The translations under genes and the position numbers were made by a program. The notes beneath the pieces are model-generated. The model was not told the DNA's origin. It searched no databases and worked only from the letters and a program-made list of their open reading frames with translations. From the NCBI GenBank assembly GCA_963845755.1, contig CAWJTV010000036.1, positions 288,001 through 352,000 on the forward strand: a DNA stretch of 64,000 nt. Reading direction: 5' to 3'. Below, one piece after another: positions 43,053 through 52,357 of the stretch (positions are counted from its first letter, which is position 1; each line of letters opens with the position of its first letter). Origin of the DNA: an uncultured Planctomycetota bacterium (GTDB taxonomy: Bacteria; Planctomycetota; Planctomycetia; Isosphaerales; Isosphaeraceae).

Positions 43053-46000
43053 CTAGACTGGCCGCCTCCTCGGTACGCTCAACTCCTCCGTGAACCGCTC
43101 GAGAGCCACGTCATGGACCAGCTCGTGAGGCGAGGTCGAGTTGTCAATCGCCGACAGCGGTGCGACCGTGTTCCCGCTACGGGTGTCGAGTGTGCCGATC
43201 GCGGGGGTCGTCGGGGTGCTGACGGTTGTCATTCTGGGCGCGTTGTCCTGGCCGACTTCCACGGCGGCATGGGTCGCCGGAGGCGATGGGGTGACCGGAT
43301 CGATGAAGATCCCGCTGAGCACCGCGTTCACGCCGGCCTGGTGCGTGATCGTGATCGTCACATCGCCTTGCACCTTCCAATCCAGATACACGCCGTTCGT
43401 GAACGACGAGACCGTCTCGGTGTCCAGGATCTTCCCCGACCCCGCGTCGCTGATCTGGATCTGCTCGACCCGACTCGGCGAGCTTTGCAGGTCGAGGAAG
43501 TACAGCTCGATATCGTGCAGTTGCCCGTCGATCAGGTCCAGGTTCACCGTGAAGCTGGTGGGAGAGTACCAGCACTCCTCGATCCGGCCGGATCCGCCCG
43601 GGTTCTGGAGCGCCTGGGGAGCGGTCGTGCTGGCCGACCAGACGTGGGTCAATTCCCCGCTGGGCGAGACGGTGGCGTAGGGGGACAGGCTGGGCGTGTC
43701 GCCGATGACGTCGTAGCCCTGCGTGCCGTAAGTCTTGATCCAACTGCCCTGCGTCGTCGTGTCCGTCTTGAGGAACGTGGCCGAAGAGGAGGTCGTTGCA
43801 GCCGGATCGACGAAGATCCCGCTGAGCACCGCGTTCACGCCGGCCTGGTGCGTGATCGTGATCGTCACATCGCCTTGCACCTTCCAATCCAGATACACGC
43901 CGTTCGTGAACGACGAGACCGTCTCGGTGTCCAGGATCTTCCCCGACCCCGCGTCGCTGATCTGGATCTGCTCGACCCGACTCGGCGAGCTTTGCAGGTC
44001 GAGGAAGTACAGCTCGATATCGTGCAGTTGCCCGTCGATCAGGTCCAGGTTCACCGTGAAGCTGGTGGGAGAGTACCAGCACTCCTCGATCCGGCCGGAT
44101 CCGCCCGGGTTCTGGAGCGCCTGGGGAGCGGTCGTGCTGGCCGACCAGACGTGAGTCAATTCGCCGCTGGGCGTGACGGTGGCGTAGGGGGACAGGCTGG
44201 GCGTGTCGCCGATGACGTCGTAGCCCTGGGTGCCGTAAGTCTTGATCCAACTGCCCTGCGTCGTCGTGTCCGTCTTGAGGAACGTGGCCGAAGAGGAGGT
44301 CGTTGCAGCCGGATCGACGAAGATCCCGCTGAGCACCGCGTTCACGCCGGCCTGGTGCGTGATCGTGATCGTCACGTCGCCTTGCACCTTCCAATCCAGA
44401 TACACCCCGCCGGTGAACGACGAGACCGTCTCGGTGTCCAGGACCGTCCCCGACCCCGCGTCGCTGATCTGGATCTGCTCGACCCGACTCGGCGAGCTTT
44501 GCAGGTCGAGGAAGTACAGCTCGATATCGTGCAGTTGCCCGTCGATCAGGTCCAGGTTCACCGTGAAGCTGGTGGGAGAGTACCAGCACTCCTCGATCCG
44601 GCCGGATCCGCCCGGGTTCTGGAGCGCCTGGGGAGCGGTCGTGCTGGCCGACCAGACGTGAGTCAATTCGCCGCTGGGCGTGACGGTGGCGTAGGGGGAC
44701 AGGCTGGGCGTGTCGCCGATGACGTCGTAGCCCTGCGTGCCGTAAGTCTTGATCCAACTGCCTTGCGTCGTCGTGTCCGTCTTGAGGAACGTGGCCTGAC
44801 TGAGCTGCGCAACCATGATCGACACGGTCGCCGTGTTGCTCGTGGCGGTCCCGTCGGTGTCCTGGTATGTGAAGCTGTCCGAGCCGGTGAAGTTCGACGC
44901 CGGGGTGTAGGTGAATGACCCGTCGCCGTTGAGTGTGAGCGAACCGTGGGCGGGCCCGGCGACGAGTACCGCACCCAGCGCCGTGGTGTCGGGATCGGTG
45001 TCGTTGCCCAGCACACCGGGCTTGGCGACGGTCAGGGGCGTGTTCTCGCCCGCCGTGTAGCTATCGTTGCTGGCCACCGGCGGGGCCACGGTGAGGGTCA
45101 CGGTGGCCACATTGCTGCTGAAGTGGCCGTCGCTGGCCTGGTACGTGAAGCTGTCGGTCCCGACGAATCCGGGGTTTGGGGCGTAGACGAACGTGCCGTC
45201 GGAGTTGAGCAGGAGCTTACCGTCGCTCGGGTTGCTGATCAGACTCGCGGTGAGGGTCGTGCCGGGGTTGGGGTCGGTATCGTTGGCCAGCACGCTGCTG
45301 GGCTGCGCGATCGTGGTATTGAAGGCCACTTGACCGGTCAGAGGCGCGGTCGCCCCGTCGCTGTGCTGCACAAAGGTGGCGGCGAACGAGGTGATGGTCC
45401 CGGAGGAATTGTAGACCGCCTGAGATACCGTGAACTCGCCGGTGATGGAATCACTCCCGCGACCGTCGCCATACACGTCCAGGCCGGGGACGCCGGATGT
45501 CTGAGACGGGAAGATCGTGGCCCCGGTGTAGGTCCCCGGCATGAGCGGGCCCGAGTAGGGAGCCTGGAAGTCGAGCGTCCAGATTTCGCCGGACATCGAG
45601 ACCCCGATCTGGACCGTACTCGAGAAGGCTTGCGCGGTGATGGTGCTGTTGGCCGGCGTGAAGTCGTAAGGTATCCCCGCGCCGATGAAATCGCCCGGCT
45701 GGCTATTCATGACCACGAAAGTCGAGCCCGCGCCGGCCGGCAGCACCGAGTTCTCGGCGACGGAGTACGTGTCATTCTTGGCGGTCGGAGGAGAGTCGGG
45801 GGCCAGTGTGACCGTGGCGACGTTCGAGGTGCCCTGGCCGTTGTTGGCCATGTAGGTGAAGCTGTCGGTCCCCGAGAAGCCGGAGGTCGGGGTGTAGGTG
45901 AACGACCCATCGGTGTTGAGCGTGAGCGAGCCATGACTCGGCCCGCTGACCAGTTGTGCCGTGAGACTCGTGCCGGGCTGAGGGTTGGTGTCGTTGGCCA

Positions 46001-49000
46001 GCACACCGTTGGGCAAGTTGTTCGTGAAATTGAAGTCGACCTGTCCGGACAGCGAGGCGGTTGACCCATCGCCGTATTGAACGAAGCTGGCGGCGAACGA
46101 GACGATGTTGCCGGAGGCGTTGAATACCGCCTGAGATACCGTGAACTGGCCGGTGAGGGTGTTCGCCCCCCGGCCGTCGCCGCTGACGTTCAGGCCGGGG
46201 ACACCGGCCGCCTGGAATGGGTAGCGCGTGGCGCCGGTGTAGGTCCCGGGTACGAGCGAGTCCGGGGTCGGGGCTGCGAAATCGAGCGTCCAGGACTGGC
46301 CGGACGCCGAGACGTTGACCTCCACGGTGCTGGGAATCCCCCCGATCCAGAGGGACTGGGCGGTAATGGTGCTGTTGGATGCGGTGAAATTGTAGGTCTG
46401 CCCCTGGCCGATGAAGTCGCCCGGCTGGCTGGTCATCGTCAGGGAGGTCTGGCCGGCGGTCGTCGTCAGCGTCGAGTTCGGCGTGTACCCGTACGCATCG
46501 TTCTGGGCCAGCGGGACCCCCACCTCGAGGGTCACGGTGGCCACGTTGCTGTAGAGCACGCCGTCGTAGGCCAAGTAGGTGAAGTTGTCCGCGCCGATGT
46601 AATTGGTGGTCGGCGTGTAGGTGAACGACCCATTGCTATTGAGCGTCAGCGTGCCGTGCGATGGCCCGGCGAGGACCGAAGCGGTGAGCGCGGTGGTGCT
46701 GGGGTCGGTGGAATTGGTCAGCACGCCTGGGGCGGCGACCGTGAGCGCCTTGCTTTCCGCCGTCGCATAGCTTTGATTGGCCGCCACCGGCGGCTGGGCC
46801 ACCGTGAGGATCACCGTCGCCACATTGCTGTCGAGCTCGCCGTCGCTGGCCTCGTACGTGAAGCTGTCACTGCCGAGGTAATTGGTCGCCGGGGTATAGC
46901 CGAACGAGCCATCGGCGTTGAGCGTCAACGTGCCGTGCGATGGCCCGGTCACGAGCACGGCGGTGATCGGGTCGCCGTCCGGATCCTGGTCCGGGGTCAG
47001 CACGCCCGGGGCGACGACCGTGAGCGTGGTGTTCTCGGGGGCGGCATAGCTCTCGTTGTAGGCCACCGGCGCCGCGTTACCGCCGTAGACCACGATCGAG
47101 ACCGTGGCGACGTTGCTGTAGGCGATGCCGTCGAAGGCCTCGAAGGTGAAGCTGTCGGGCCCGGTCGTGTTCGTCGTCGGGGTGTAGGTGAACGAGCCGT
47201 TGGATTGGAGCGTGAGAGTCCCGTTCAACGGGGCGGAAACGAGGGAATAGGTCAGGGGATTGTTGTCGGGATCGTTGGCCGAGACCTGGCCGGTCAGGAC
47301 CGTGTTCTCGCTGGTGGTCGCGGCCTGATACGCGGCGATCGGCGGCGAGTCGGGGACGGACTGCGTCTCGAAGGCACCCATGTCGACGGCGCCGCTGGTG
47401 GGCCGGGGCAGACCACGCTGGTCGGTCGTGACGCCGCTGACGGCGACCCCGGCGCCGATGGCCGGACTGCCGGTCTGAAGGGCCATGGTCTGGGTGAGTC
47501 CACCGTTACTCGCCAGCGCGGCCAGCCCCGGGTTGGCGATGCCGACGAGGTTGCCGCCCATCCCACCGGTGATCCCGCCCGAGCCGCCGGTGCCGATCAG
47601 GTTATCGGTGCCGGCGACGCCGGTAGGATCGTTGCCGCCGATGTCGCTGGCGGCGCCGCCGGGGGCAATATTGCCGGCGACGATCGTGTCGGTCAGGGTC
47701 GCCGCGCCGGTGTAGCCGTAGAGGTTCAGGTTCGCGATGCCGCCCCCCGTGGCGGACGTATTGCCGCTGATCGTGCAGGCCGTCAGGGCCGTCGGGCCGT
47801 AGTTGGCCACACCGCCGCCGCCCACCAGCGCGGTGTTCCCGGTGATCGTGGTGTTGGTCAAGGTCGTGGTGCCGCTGCCGGTGCCCAAGCCGCCACCCCT
47901 CCCGGAGACGGAATTGCCGGTGATCGTGCTGCCGGTCAGGGTCAGCGGCCCGAGGCCGTTGACGCCGCCGCTGTAGGCCGCCGAGTTGCCGGTGAAGGTA
48001 CAATCCGTCAAATTCGCCGTGCCGAAGTCATTGAGGCCGCCGCCAACATTCGCGGTGTTGCCACTCAGCGTGCAGTCGGTCAAGTTCGCCGTGCCGGAGA
48101 ACCCGTTCTGGAGCCCGCCGCCAGAGGACCCGCTGCCGTTGTTCATGGCGGTATTGCTGCTGAGCGTGCAGTCGGCCAGGTTCACCGTGCCGTCGTTGCT
48201 GAGCCCGCCGCCATCTCCGAGTTGCCCCGCGGTGTTCCCGCTGATGGTGCAACCGGTCAGTGTGAGCATGCCGGTCTTCTCGTTTTCCAATCCACCGCCG
48301 AGACTGGAGCCGGTCGTGCCGGAGGTGTTGCTGGAGATCGCGGTGTCGATCAAGGTCGCAAGGCCGGCGTTATCGAAGGCGCCGCCGTTACCTTTGGCCG
48401 AATTCCCGCTGAGCGTGCAATCCAGCAGGGTCATCCAGCCGCGGTTGTACAGGCCGCCGCCATTGGTCCCCGCGGTGTTGCCGCTGAACGTGACGCTGGT
48501 GAACGTCATGAAACCGTGGTTGACCACGGCGCCGCCGGTGCCGGTGCTCGAGCCGCCCGAGATCGTCAGATCCGAGATCGAAGCCGTCTGTCCCCCCTGG
48601 GGAACGCCGTTCAAGGTGAAGACCTGGCCAAGCCCGCCGCCACTGACGGTCAGCGACCCGGCGCCCGGACCGTCGATGGCGAGCGCCCCGAATTGGTTGT
48701 CCAGGTCGAGGGGACCCTGGGCCAGGGTGATCGTCGCGGGATTACTCAGGTTGAAACTGATGGCGGCCCCCCCGGGGCTCGCATCCGCCTGCTCGACGGC
48801 CCAGCGCAGCGTCCCCTGGGCGGGGTTGTTGGCCGGGGCGCTGTCGGCCGTGCTGGTGACGGTGAAGCTCCCCGACAGCAGGCAGCGGTCCTCCAGCACC
48901 AACATCGCCGGCCTGACCCGGTTGCGAGCGCCGGCCCTACCCCACTTTCGCCCTCGTTTTTGGCCGCTCGCCCCGTTCCGCTCCGAACCCACCGCCGTAC

Positions 49001-49055
49001 CCATCCGCCGCCGGAACCATCCCGTGTGGCCGTTCATCGGTACTCTCCTCGTCAA
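43053..49055 (-). CDS. Large extracellular adhesin-like protein: Pmp-like beta-helix, choice-of-anchor-Q-like region, Big_9/tandem-95 Ig repeats, 3 C-terminal 169-aa repeats
   Basis: VLEDRCLLS; SGNxA...GGG repeats; NGGLTQTMALQTGSPAI...DQRG...DMGAFE; GSFTYTP...GxDSFTY repeats. Intact 2000-aa ORF. Confidence 0.9.
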   Translation of the reverse strand: MTRRVPMNGHTGWFRRRMGTAVGSERNGASGQKRGRKWGRAGARNRVRPAMLVLEDRCLLSGSFTVTSTADSAPANNPAQGTLRWAVEQADASPGGAAISFNLSNPATITLAQGPLDLDNQFGALAIDGPGAGSLTVSGGGLGQVFTLNGVPQGGQTASISDLTISGGSSTGTGGAVVNHGFMTFTSVTFSGNTAGTNGGGLYNRGWMTLLDCTLSGNSAKGNGGAFDNAGLATLIDTAISSNTSGTTGSSLGGGLENEKTGMLTLTGCTISGNTAGQLGDGGGLSNDGTVNLADCTLSSNTAMNNGSGSSGGGLQNGFSGTANLTDCTLSGNTANVGGGLNDFGTANLTDCTFTGNSAAYSGGVNGLGPLTLTGSTITGNSVSGRGGGLGTGSGTTTLTNTTITGNTALVGGGGVANYGPTALTACTISGNTSATGGGIANLNLYGYTGAATLTDTIVAGNIAPGGAASDIGGNDPTGVAGTDNLIGTGGSGGITGGMGGNLVGIANPGLAALASNGGLTQTMALQTGSPAIGAGVAVSGVTTDQRGLPRPTSGAVDMGAFETQSVPDSPPIAAYQAATTSENTVLTGQVSANDPDNNPLTYSLVSAPLNGTLTLQSNGSFTYTPTTNTTGPDSFTFEAFDGIAYSNVATVSIVVYGGNAAPVAYNESYAAPENTTLTVVAPGVLTPDQDPDGDPITAVLVTGPSHGTLTLNADGSFGYTPATNYLGSDSFTYEASDGELDSNVATVILTVAQPPVAANQSYATAESKALTVAAPGVLTNSTDPSTTALTASVLAGPSHGTLTLNSNGSFTYTPTTNYIGADNFTYLAYDGVLYSNVATVTLEVGVPLAQNDAYGYTPNSTLTTTAGQTSLTMTSQPGDFIGQGQTYNFTASNSTITAQSLWIGGIPSTVEVNVSASGQSWTLDFAAPTPDSLVPGTYTGATRYPFQAAGVPGLNVSGDGRGANTLTGQFTVSQAVFNASGNIVSFAASFVQYGDGSTASLSGQVDFNFTNNLPNGVLANDTNPQPGTSLTAQLVSGPSHGSLTLNTDGSFTYTPTSGFSGTDSFTYMANNGQGTSNVATVTLAPDSPPTAKNDTYSVAENSVLPAGAGSTFVVMNSQPGDFIGAGIPYDFTPANSTITAQAFSSTVQIGVSMSGEIWTLDFQAPYSGPLMPGTYTGATIFPSQTSGVPGLDVYGDGRGSDSITGEFTVSQAVYNSSGTITSFAATFVQHSDGATAPLTGQVAFNTTIAQPSSVLANDTDPNPGTTLTASLISNPSDGKLLLNSDGTFVYAPNPGFVGTDSFTYQASDGHFSSNVATVTLTVAPPVASNDSYTAGENTPLTVAKPGVLGNDTDPDTTALGAVLVAGPAHGSLTLNGDGSFTYTPASNFTGSDSFTYQDTDGTATSNTATVSIMVAQLSQATFLKTDTTTQGSWIKTYGTQGYDVIGDTPSLSPYATVTPSGELTHVWSASTTAPQALQNPGGSGRIEECWYSPTSFTVNLDLIDGQLHDIELYFLDLQSSPSRVEQIQISDAGSGTVLDTETVSSFTGGVYLDWKVQGDVTITITHQAGVNAVLSGIFVDPAATTSSSATFLKTDTTTQGSWIKTYGTQGYDVIGDTPSLSPYATVTPSGELTHVWSASTTAPQALQNPGGSGRIEECWYSPTSFTVNLDLIDGQLHDIELYFLDLQSSPSRVEQIQISDAGSGKILDTETVSSFTNGVYLDWKVQGDVTITITHQAGVNAVLSGIFVDPAATTSSSATFLKTDTTTQGSWIKTYGTQGYDVIGDTPSLSPYATVSPSGELTHVWSASTTAPQALQNPGGSGRIEECWYSPTSFTVNLDLIDGQLHDIELYFLDLQSSPSRVEQIQISDAGSGKILDTETVSSFTNGVYLDWKVQGDVTITITHQAGVNAVLSGIFIDPVTPSPPATHAAVEVGQDNAPRMTTVSTPTTPAIGTLDTRSGNTVAPLSAIDNSTSPHELVHDVALERFTEELSVPRRRPV
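43296..44796 (-). repeat. Three near-identical 507-bp coding tandem repeats
   Basis: gaggaacgtggcc ends at 43782, 44289 and 44796, giving a period of 507. Confidence 0.95.
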
Positions 49056-49670
49056 GGTGAAATGCTCTCAGCAACCTCTGGACGTGATCGCATCATTTGG
49101 AGCAGAACGGATCGCTCGTCGAGGGTCCGGTGCCGAAAATACGTCCCTGGATCGCCGCTGGCTCGGTCGCTGAGTCCCGGTCTCCAGAGGCCGTATTCCC
49201 AACGTTGTTGCGGGTTCCTTCGACGGACGCACCACTTCCCGGCTCCACCATGGATAGTATACTTACGTTCACTGTTCCTGGCAAGATCAAACTCGGGAGG
49301 TGCTGCGATTTTCCGATTCTTCGAGGGCTCCATGCCCGTCGTGGCCGTTGGATGTGTAAGAGCGATCACATGTCTGGGTGTCCGAGAAGCGACGTCGCTC
49401 CTGGCCCAGTTTCCGGGATCCTCTTCGGTTCCATAACCTCACGAAACAGGCGCACTTGTGGGCACGACCACACAAGAATTGAGGCATTGGAACAGAATGT
49501 CTCGGGGGATGCAAGGCATTAGCTGGATTCGTCAACAAAAAATTGACTTGAGACGTGACTTTCGCATCATCACCGGGAGCGCACGGGTTGCTCGCAGGAA
49601 CCCGAAGCGCCCGAAGCCGCGCAGGTGACGTTCCAGTCCGGGTTCCCCACTCCTGCCCAACCCAATCGCC

Positions 49671-50569
49671 TCACGCACTGCCGATCACGCCGAACCGGTG
49701 CCGGAGGCCGGCGATCCAGTCGGCAAAGTCCGCGGGCAACGGGGCCTCGATGCGCAGACCCGCACCGGTGAACGGGTGAAGGAATCCCAGCGCTTCGGCG
49801 TGAAGGGCCTGGCGTGCGAATGGGAAGGGAAAGGGCGGGCGGTCGGCGGGCCGGTAGACGACGTCGCTGACGACCGGATAGCCGGACTCGGCAAGATGGA
49901 TGCGAATCTGGTGGGTCCGCCCGGTCTCGAGCCGGCAGGCGACGAGGGTCGCTGCGGTGCCGAAGCGCTGGAGGACTTCGTAATGGGTGACGGCCGGCAC
50001 GCCCTGGCCGGCGACGCGGGCGGCCCCGCGGCGGCGGTCGCCGCGATCGGCCACGAGCGGCAGGTCGATCGTCCCGCTCGCCGGTTCCATCGCCCCCTCG
50101 ACGACCGTCAGGTACGCGCCGTTCGATGGTATGGGCGCGGAACAACGCCTGGAACGGCCGCAGTGCCCTGGGCGCGCAGACGATCAGGATCACGCCCGAG
50201 GTGTCGCGGTCCAGCCGGTGCACGATGCCGACATACGGACGGGTCTCACCCCGGGTACGGGCCAGGTAGCGCCCGGCGCGCTCCAGCAGCGTATCGGGCT
50301 CGCGAGCCGGCGTCGGCTGCGTCAGCAGGCCGGCGGGCTTGTCCACGATGAGGATCTGCCGATCCTCGTACAGCACCCGGATGCGCCGCGCCGCGGTTTC
50401 CGGCCGGGGCCGGTTCGGATCGTAATGGAACGCGATTCCGGACTCGACGTCCTGCCCCGGCTCGAAACACGTCTGACCGGCCACGTCCACCTGCCCCGCG
50501 CCTTACGGACTCCTGCGCCCTTCGCCGCGACAACCCGAACCGTTCCGAGACCAGTTTGTCCAGACGCAT
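49671..50569 (-). CDS. RluA/RluD-family pseudouridine synthase (frameshifts near 50495 and 50120)
   Basis: MRLDKLVS (S4-like), VDKPAGL, HRLDRDTSG, LETGRTHQIRIH and RQALHA. Confidence 0.92.
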
Positions 50570-50594
50570 CGCTCGCCTCTCGATCGGTCCGCCG

Positions 50595-50660
50595 GTCGGG
50601 TGTTCCGAGAGCACCGAATCCGCGGGCCATGGCCGATTCGGTGCTCACAGAGCACCCGAC
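50595..50660. repeat. REP doublet, copy 3
   Basis: gtcgggtgttccgagagcaccgaatc / gattcggtgctcacagagcacccgac. Confidence 0.85.
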
Positions 50661-50682
50661 AAGAGGCTTTCTCGACACGCGC

Positions 50683-51090
50683 TCAGTCCTCGCGGCGACG
50701 ACGTCGCGGGCGTTCCTCCATCTCTTCGTCGCGGCCCTCCTCCGCATCCACGTTGGGCGTCGACGTCATGGCCTGATTCACCAAATGGTCTGCCAGCTTG
50801 GGATGGACCTTCAAGACCAGCTCCCGAACGATGACGTCGCTCAGGTGGCAGGCCGAGACGATCTCCTTCAGGTTCTCGCCGCCGGTCTTGAAGTAGGTCA
50901 GCAAGTACGTCCCCTTCTTGTGGCTACCGATCGGGTAAGCCAGCCGACGTTCATCCCACTGGCGAGACGCCACGATCTCCGAATGGTTCTTCATCAGGAT
51001 GTCGTGCACGTGCTTGACCGTGTCCTCCCAGGCCGTGGCGGCCTTGGAACTGTCCAGCAGAAACATTCCCTCATAAGTACTTGCAGACAA
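50683..51090 (-). CDS. rpsF: 30S ribosomal protein S6
   Basis: YEGMFLLD and WDERRLAYPI...KGTYLL. TTG start with AGGGAG RBS. Confidence 0.95.
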   Translation of the reverse strand: MSASTYEGMFLLDSSKAATAWEDTVKHVHDILMKNHSEIVASRQWDERRLAYPIGSHKKGTYLLTYFKTGGENLKEIVSACHLSDVIVRELVLKVHPKLADHLVNQAMTSTPNVDAEEGRDEEMEERPRRRRRED

Positions 51091-51107
51091 TTGTTGGTTC
51101 TCCCTTT

Positions 51108-51177
51108 GTAGTAGTCAGTATTCAGTAGTCAGTAGTCAGTGGTTGGTAATCGGTAGTCGGTTGTCAGTAGTCAGTAC
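51108..51177. repeat. Heptamer array, 10 units (consensus tcagtag)
   Basis: gtagtag tcagtat tcagtag tcagtag tcagtgg ttggtaa tcggtag tcggttg tcagtag tcagtac. Confidence 0.95.
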
Positions 51178-51544
51178 ATTCCCCGTCCTGGGTTAGAGAG
51201 TTCTTCAGTCCATTACTCAGGCGAGCGACCTCGTTTGTCAGACTGAACAACCCCGCGTGAAACCGTTCCGCCAGGTCGTTCAGACGGCATGCGATGATGA
51301 GCTGCGTTTCCACTTCCTGCAGCGAGCCGTACGCGATCGAGAGGTAGCGTAGAAAGTCTCGAGTCGCATGACGCCCCTACCCTTCGGCGATATTCGAGGG
51401 GACCGAGACAGCAGCTCGACGGAGCTGATTCGTCAAGCCGAACCGCTCCTTCGAGGGAAAATCTTCCGTCGTTTCGTATACGAGTACGACCAAATCCATG
51501 GCTTTCTGCCACACAATCAAATCTCGAAAATGTCTGACGCCCAC
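51164..51544 (-). pseudogene. Four-helix-bundle protein (23S rRNA IVS protein / TIGR02436 family) with an in-frame TAG at codon 56
   Basis: Not in the ORF track. My translation from GTG 51544: [16 protein letters not shown]...[29 protein letters not shown]...FLRYLSIAYGSLQEVETQL...TDY-stop. The TAG is at 51377-51379. Confidence 0.92.
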
Positions 51545-51555
51545 GGTTGCGTTTC

Positions 51556-51625
51556 CTACTGACCATTGACTTCTGACTCCTACGCCCTAACTACTGACTA
51601 CTGATTACTGACTACTGACTACTAT
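51556..51625. repeat. Heptamer array, 10 units (consensus ctactga), inverse of 51108-51177
   Basis: ctactga ccattga cttctga ctcctac gccctaa ctactga ctactga ttactga ctactga ctactat. Confidence 0.95.
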
Positions 51626-52175
51626 TAAAACGGTTCATCGCCACATCAACACCCTGGGTAACCCACACGGCGACAGCCTGGGTGGCGAGGATCTCGGCAT
51701 CGTCGATAATCGGTCGTTCGGAGCTTCGGAACCGGCTGAGGACAAAGTCCGAGGCGTCGCTGTTCTCGCGGTCGCCCAGGCCGATGCGAAGGCGGGGAAA
51801 CTGTTCGGTGCCCAGGTGGGCGGCGATGTCGCGGAGCCCTTTCTGGCCGCCGTCGGAGCCGCCCGGCCGGATCCGCAGCTTGCCGAGTGGGAGACTGAGG
51901 TCATCGCAGAGGACCAGGAGGTCGGCCGGCTCCAGCTTGTAGAACCGCATCGCCTGGCCGACCGAGCGTCCGCTGAGGTTCATGAACGTTTCGGGCTTCA
52001 GGAGCAAGACCCGGCGGAAGTCGATCTCGATCTCGGCGAGCAGGCCTTCGAACTTGCGGGCGAATGCCGGCCGGGCTCCTCCTTGCGCCAGGCGGTCGAC
52101 CACCTCGAAGCCGAGGTTGTGCCGGGTTGCCTGGTATTTGCTGCCCGGGTTACCCAGGCCGACCACTAATTTCAA
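51612..52175 (-). CDS. pth: Peptidyl-tRNA hydrolase
   Basis: KLVVGLGNPG, TRHNLGF, KPETFMNLSG and RLRIGLG. TTG start at 52175. Confidence 0.96.
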   Translation of the reverse strand: MKLVVGLGNPGSKYQATRHNLGFEVVDRLAQGGARPAFARKFEGLLAEIEIDFRRVLLLKPETFMNLSGRSVGQAMRFYKLEPADLLVLCDDLSLPLGKLRIRPGGSDGGQKGLRDIAAHLGTEQFPRLRIGLGDRENSDASDFVLSRFRSSERPIIDDAEILATQAVAVWVTQGVDVAMNRFNSSQ

Positions 52176-52357
52176 CGTCGCCAACGCCGCGGCTCCGTCC
52201 CGACCGAACCGGACCCGACCCGAGCGAGGGCGGTCGGTCCCGACCCATCGCCAGGTCCGCGCCGCGGTGGTCAGGCTCGCGAGCCGGCGGACCGGGCCAG
52301 GCCAAACCAGGCCAGGCCAGGTCGCGCGGGGCGATCCGGACCACGACACGATCGGGA

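Noticed and set aside
42978..49436. Long plus-strand ORFs 42978..44918, 44946..46064 and 46077..49436 (likewise 15694..17547, 29188..31122 and 39450..41522)
   Set aside because: These are antisense shadows of real high-GC genes, with Arg/Gly-rich translations and no recognisable motifs.
51377..51379. Pyrrolysine or stop-codon reassignment
   Set aside because: TAG is used as a normal stop by other genes here (pth, the PP2C gene), and no pyl genes are present in the window.
51108..51625. Diversity-generating retroelement (the four-helix-bundle protein resembles Avd)
   Set aside because: No reverse transcriptase and no TR/VR pair in the window. The 507-bp repeats are in-frame tandem domains within one gene.
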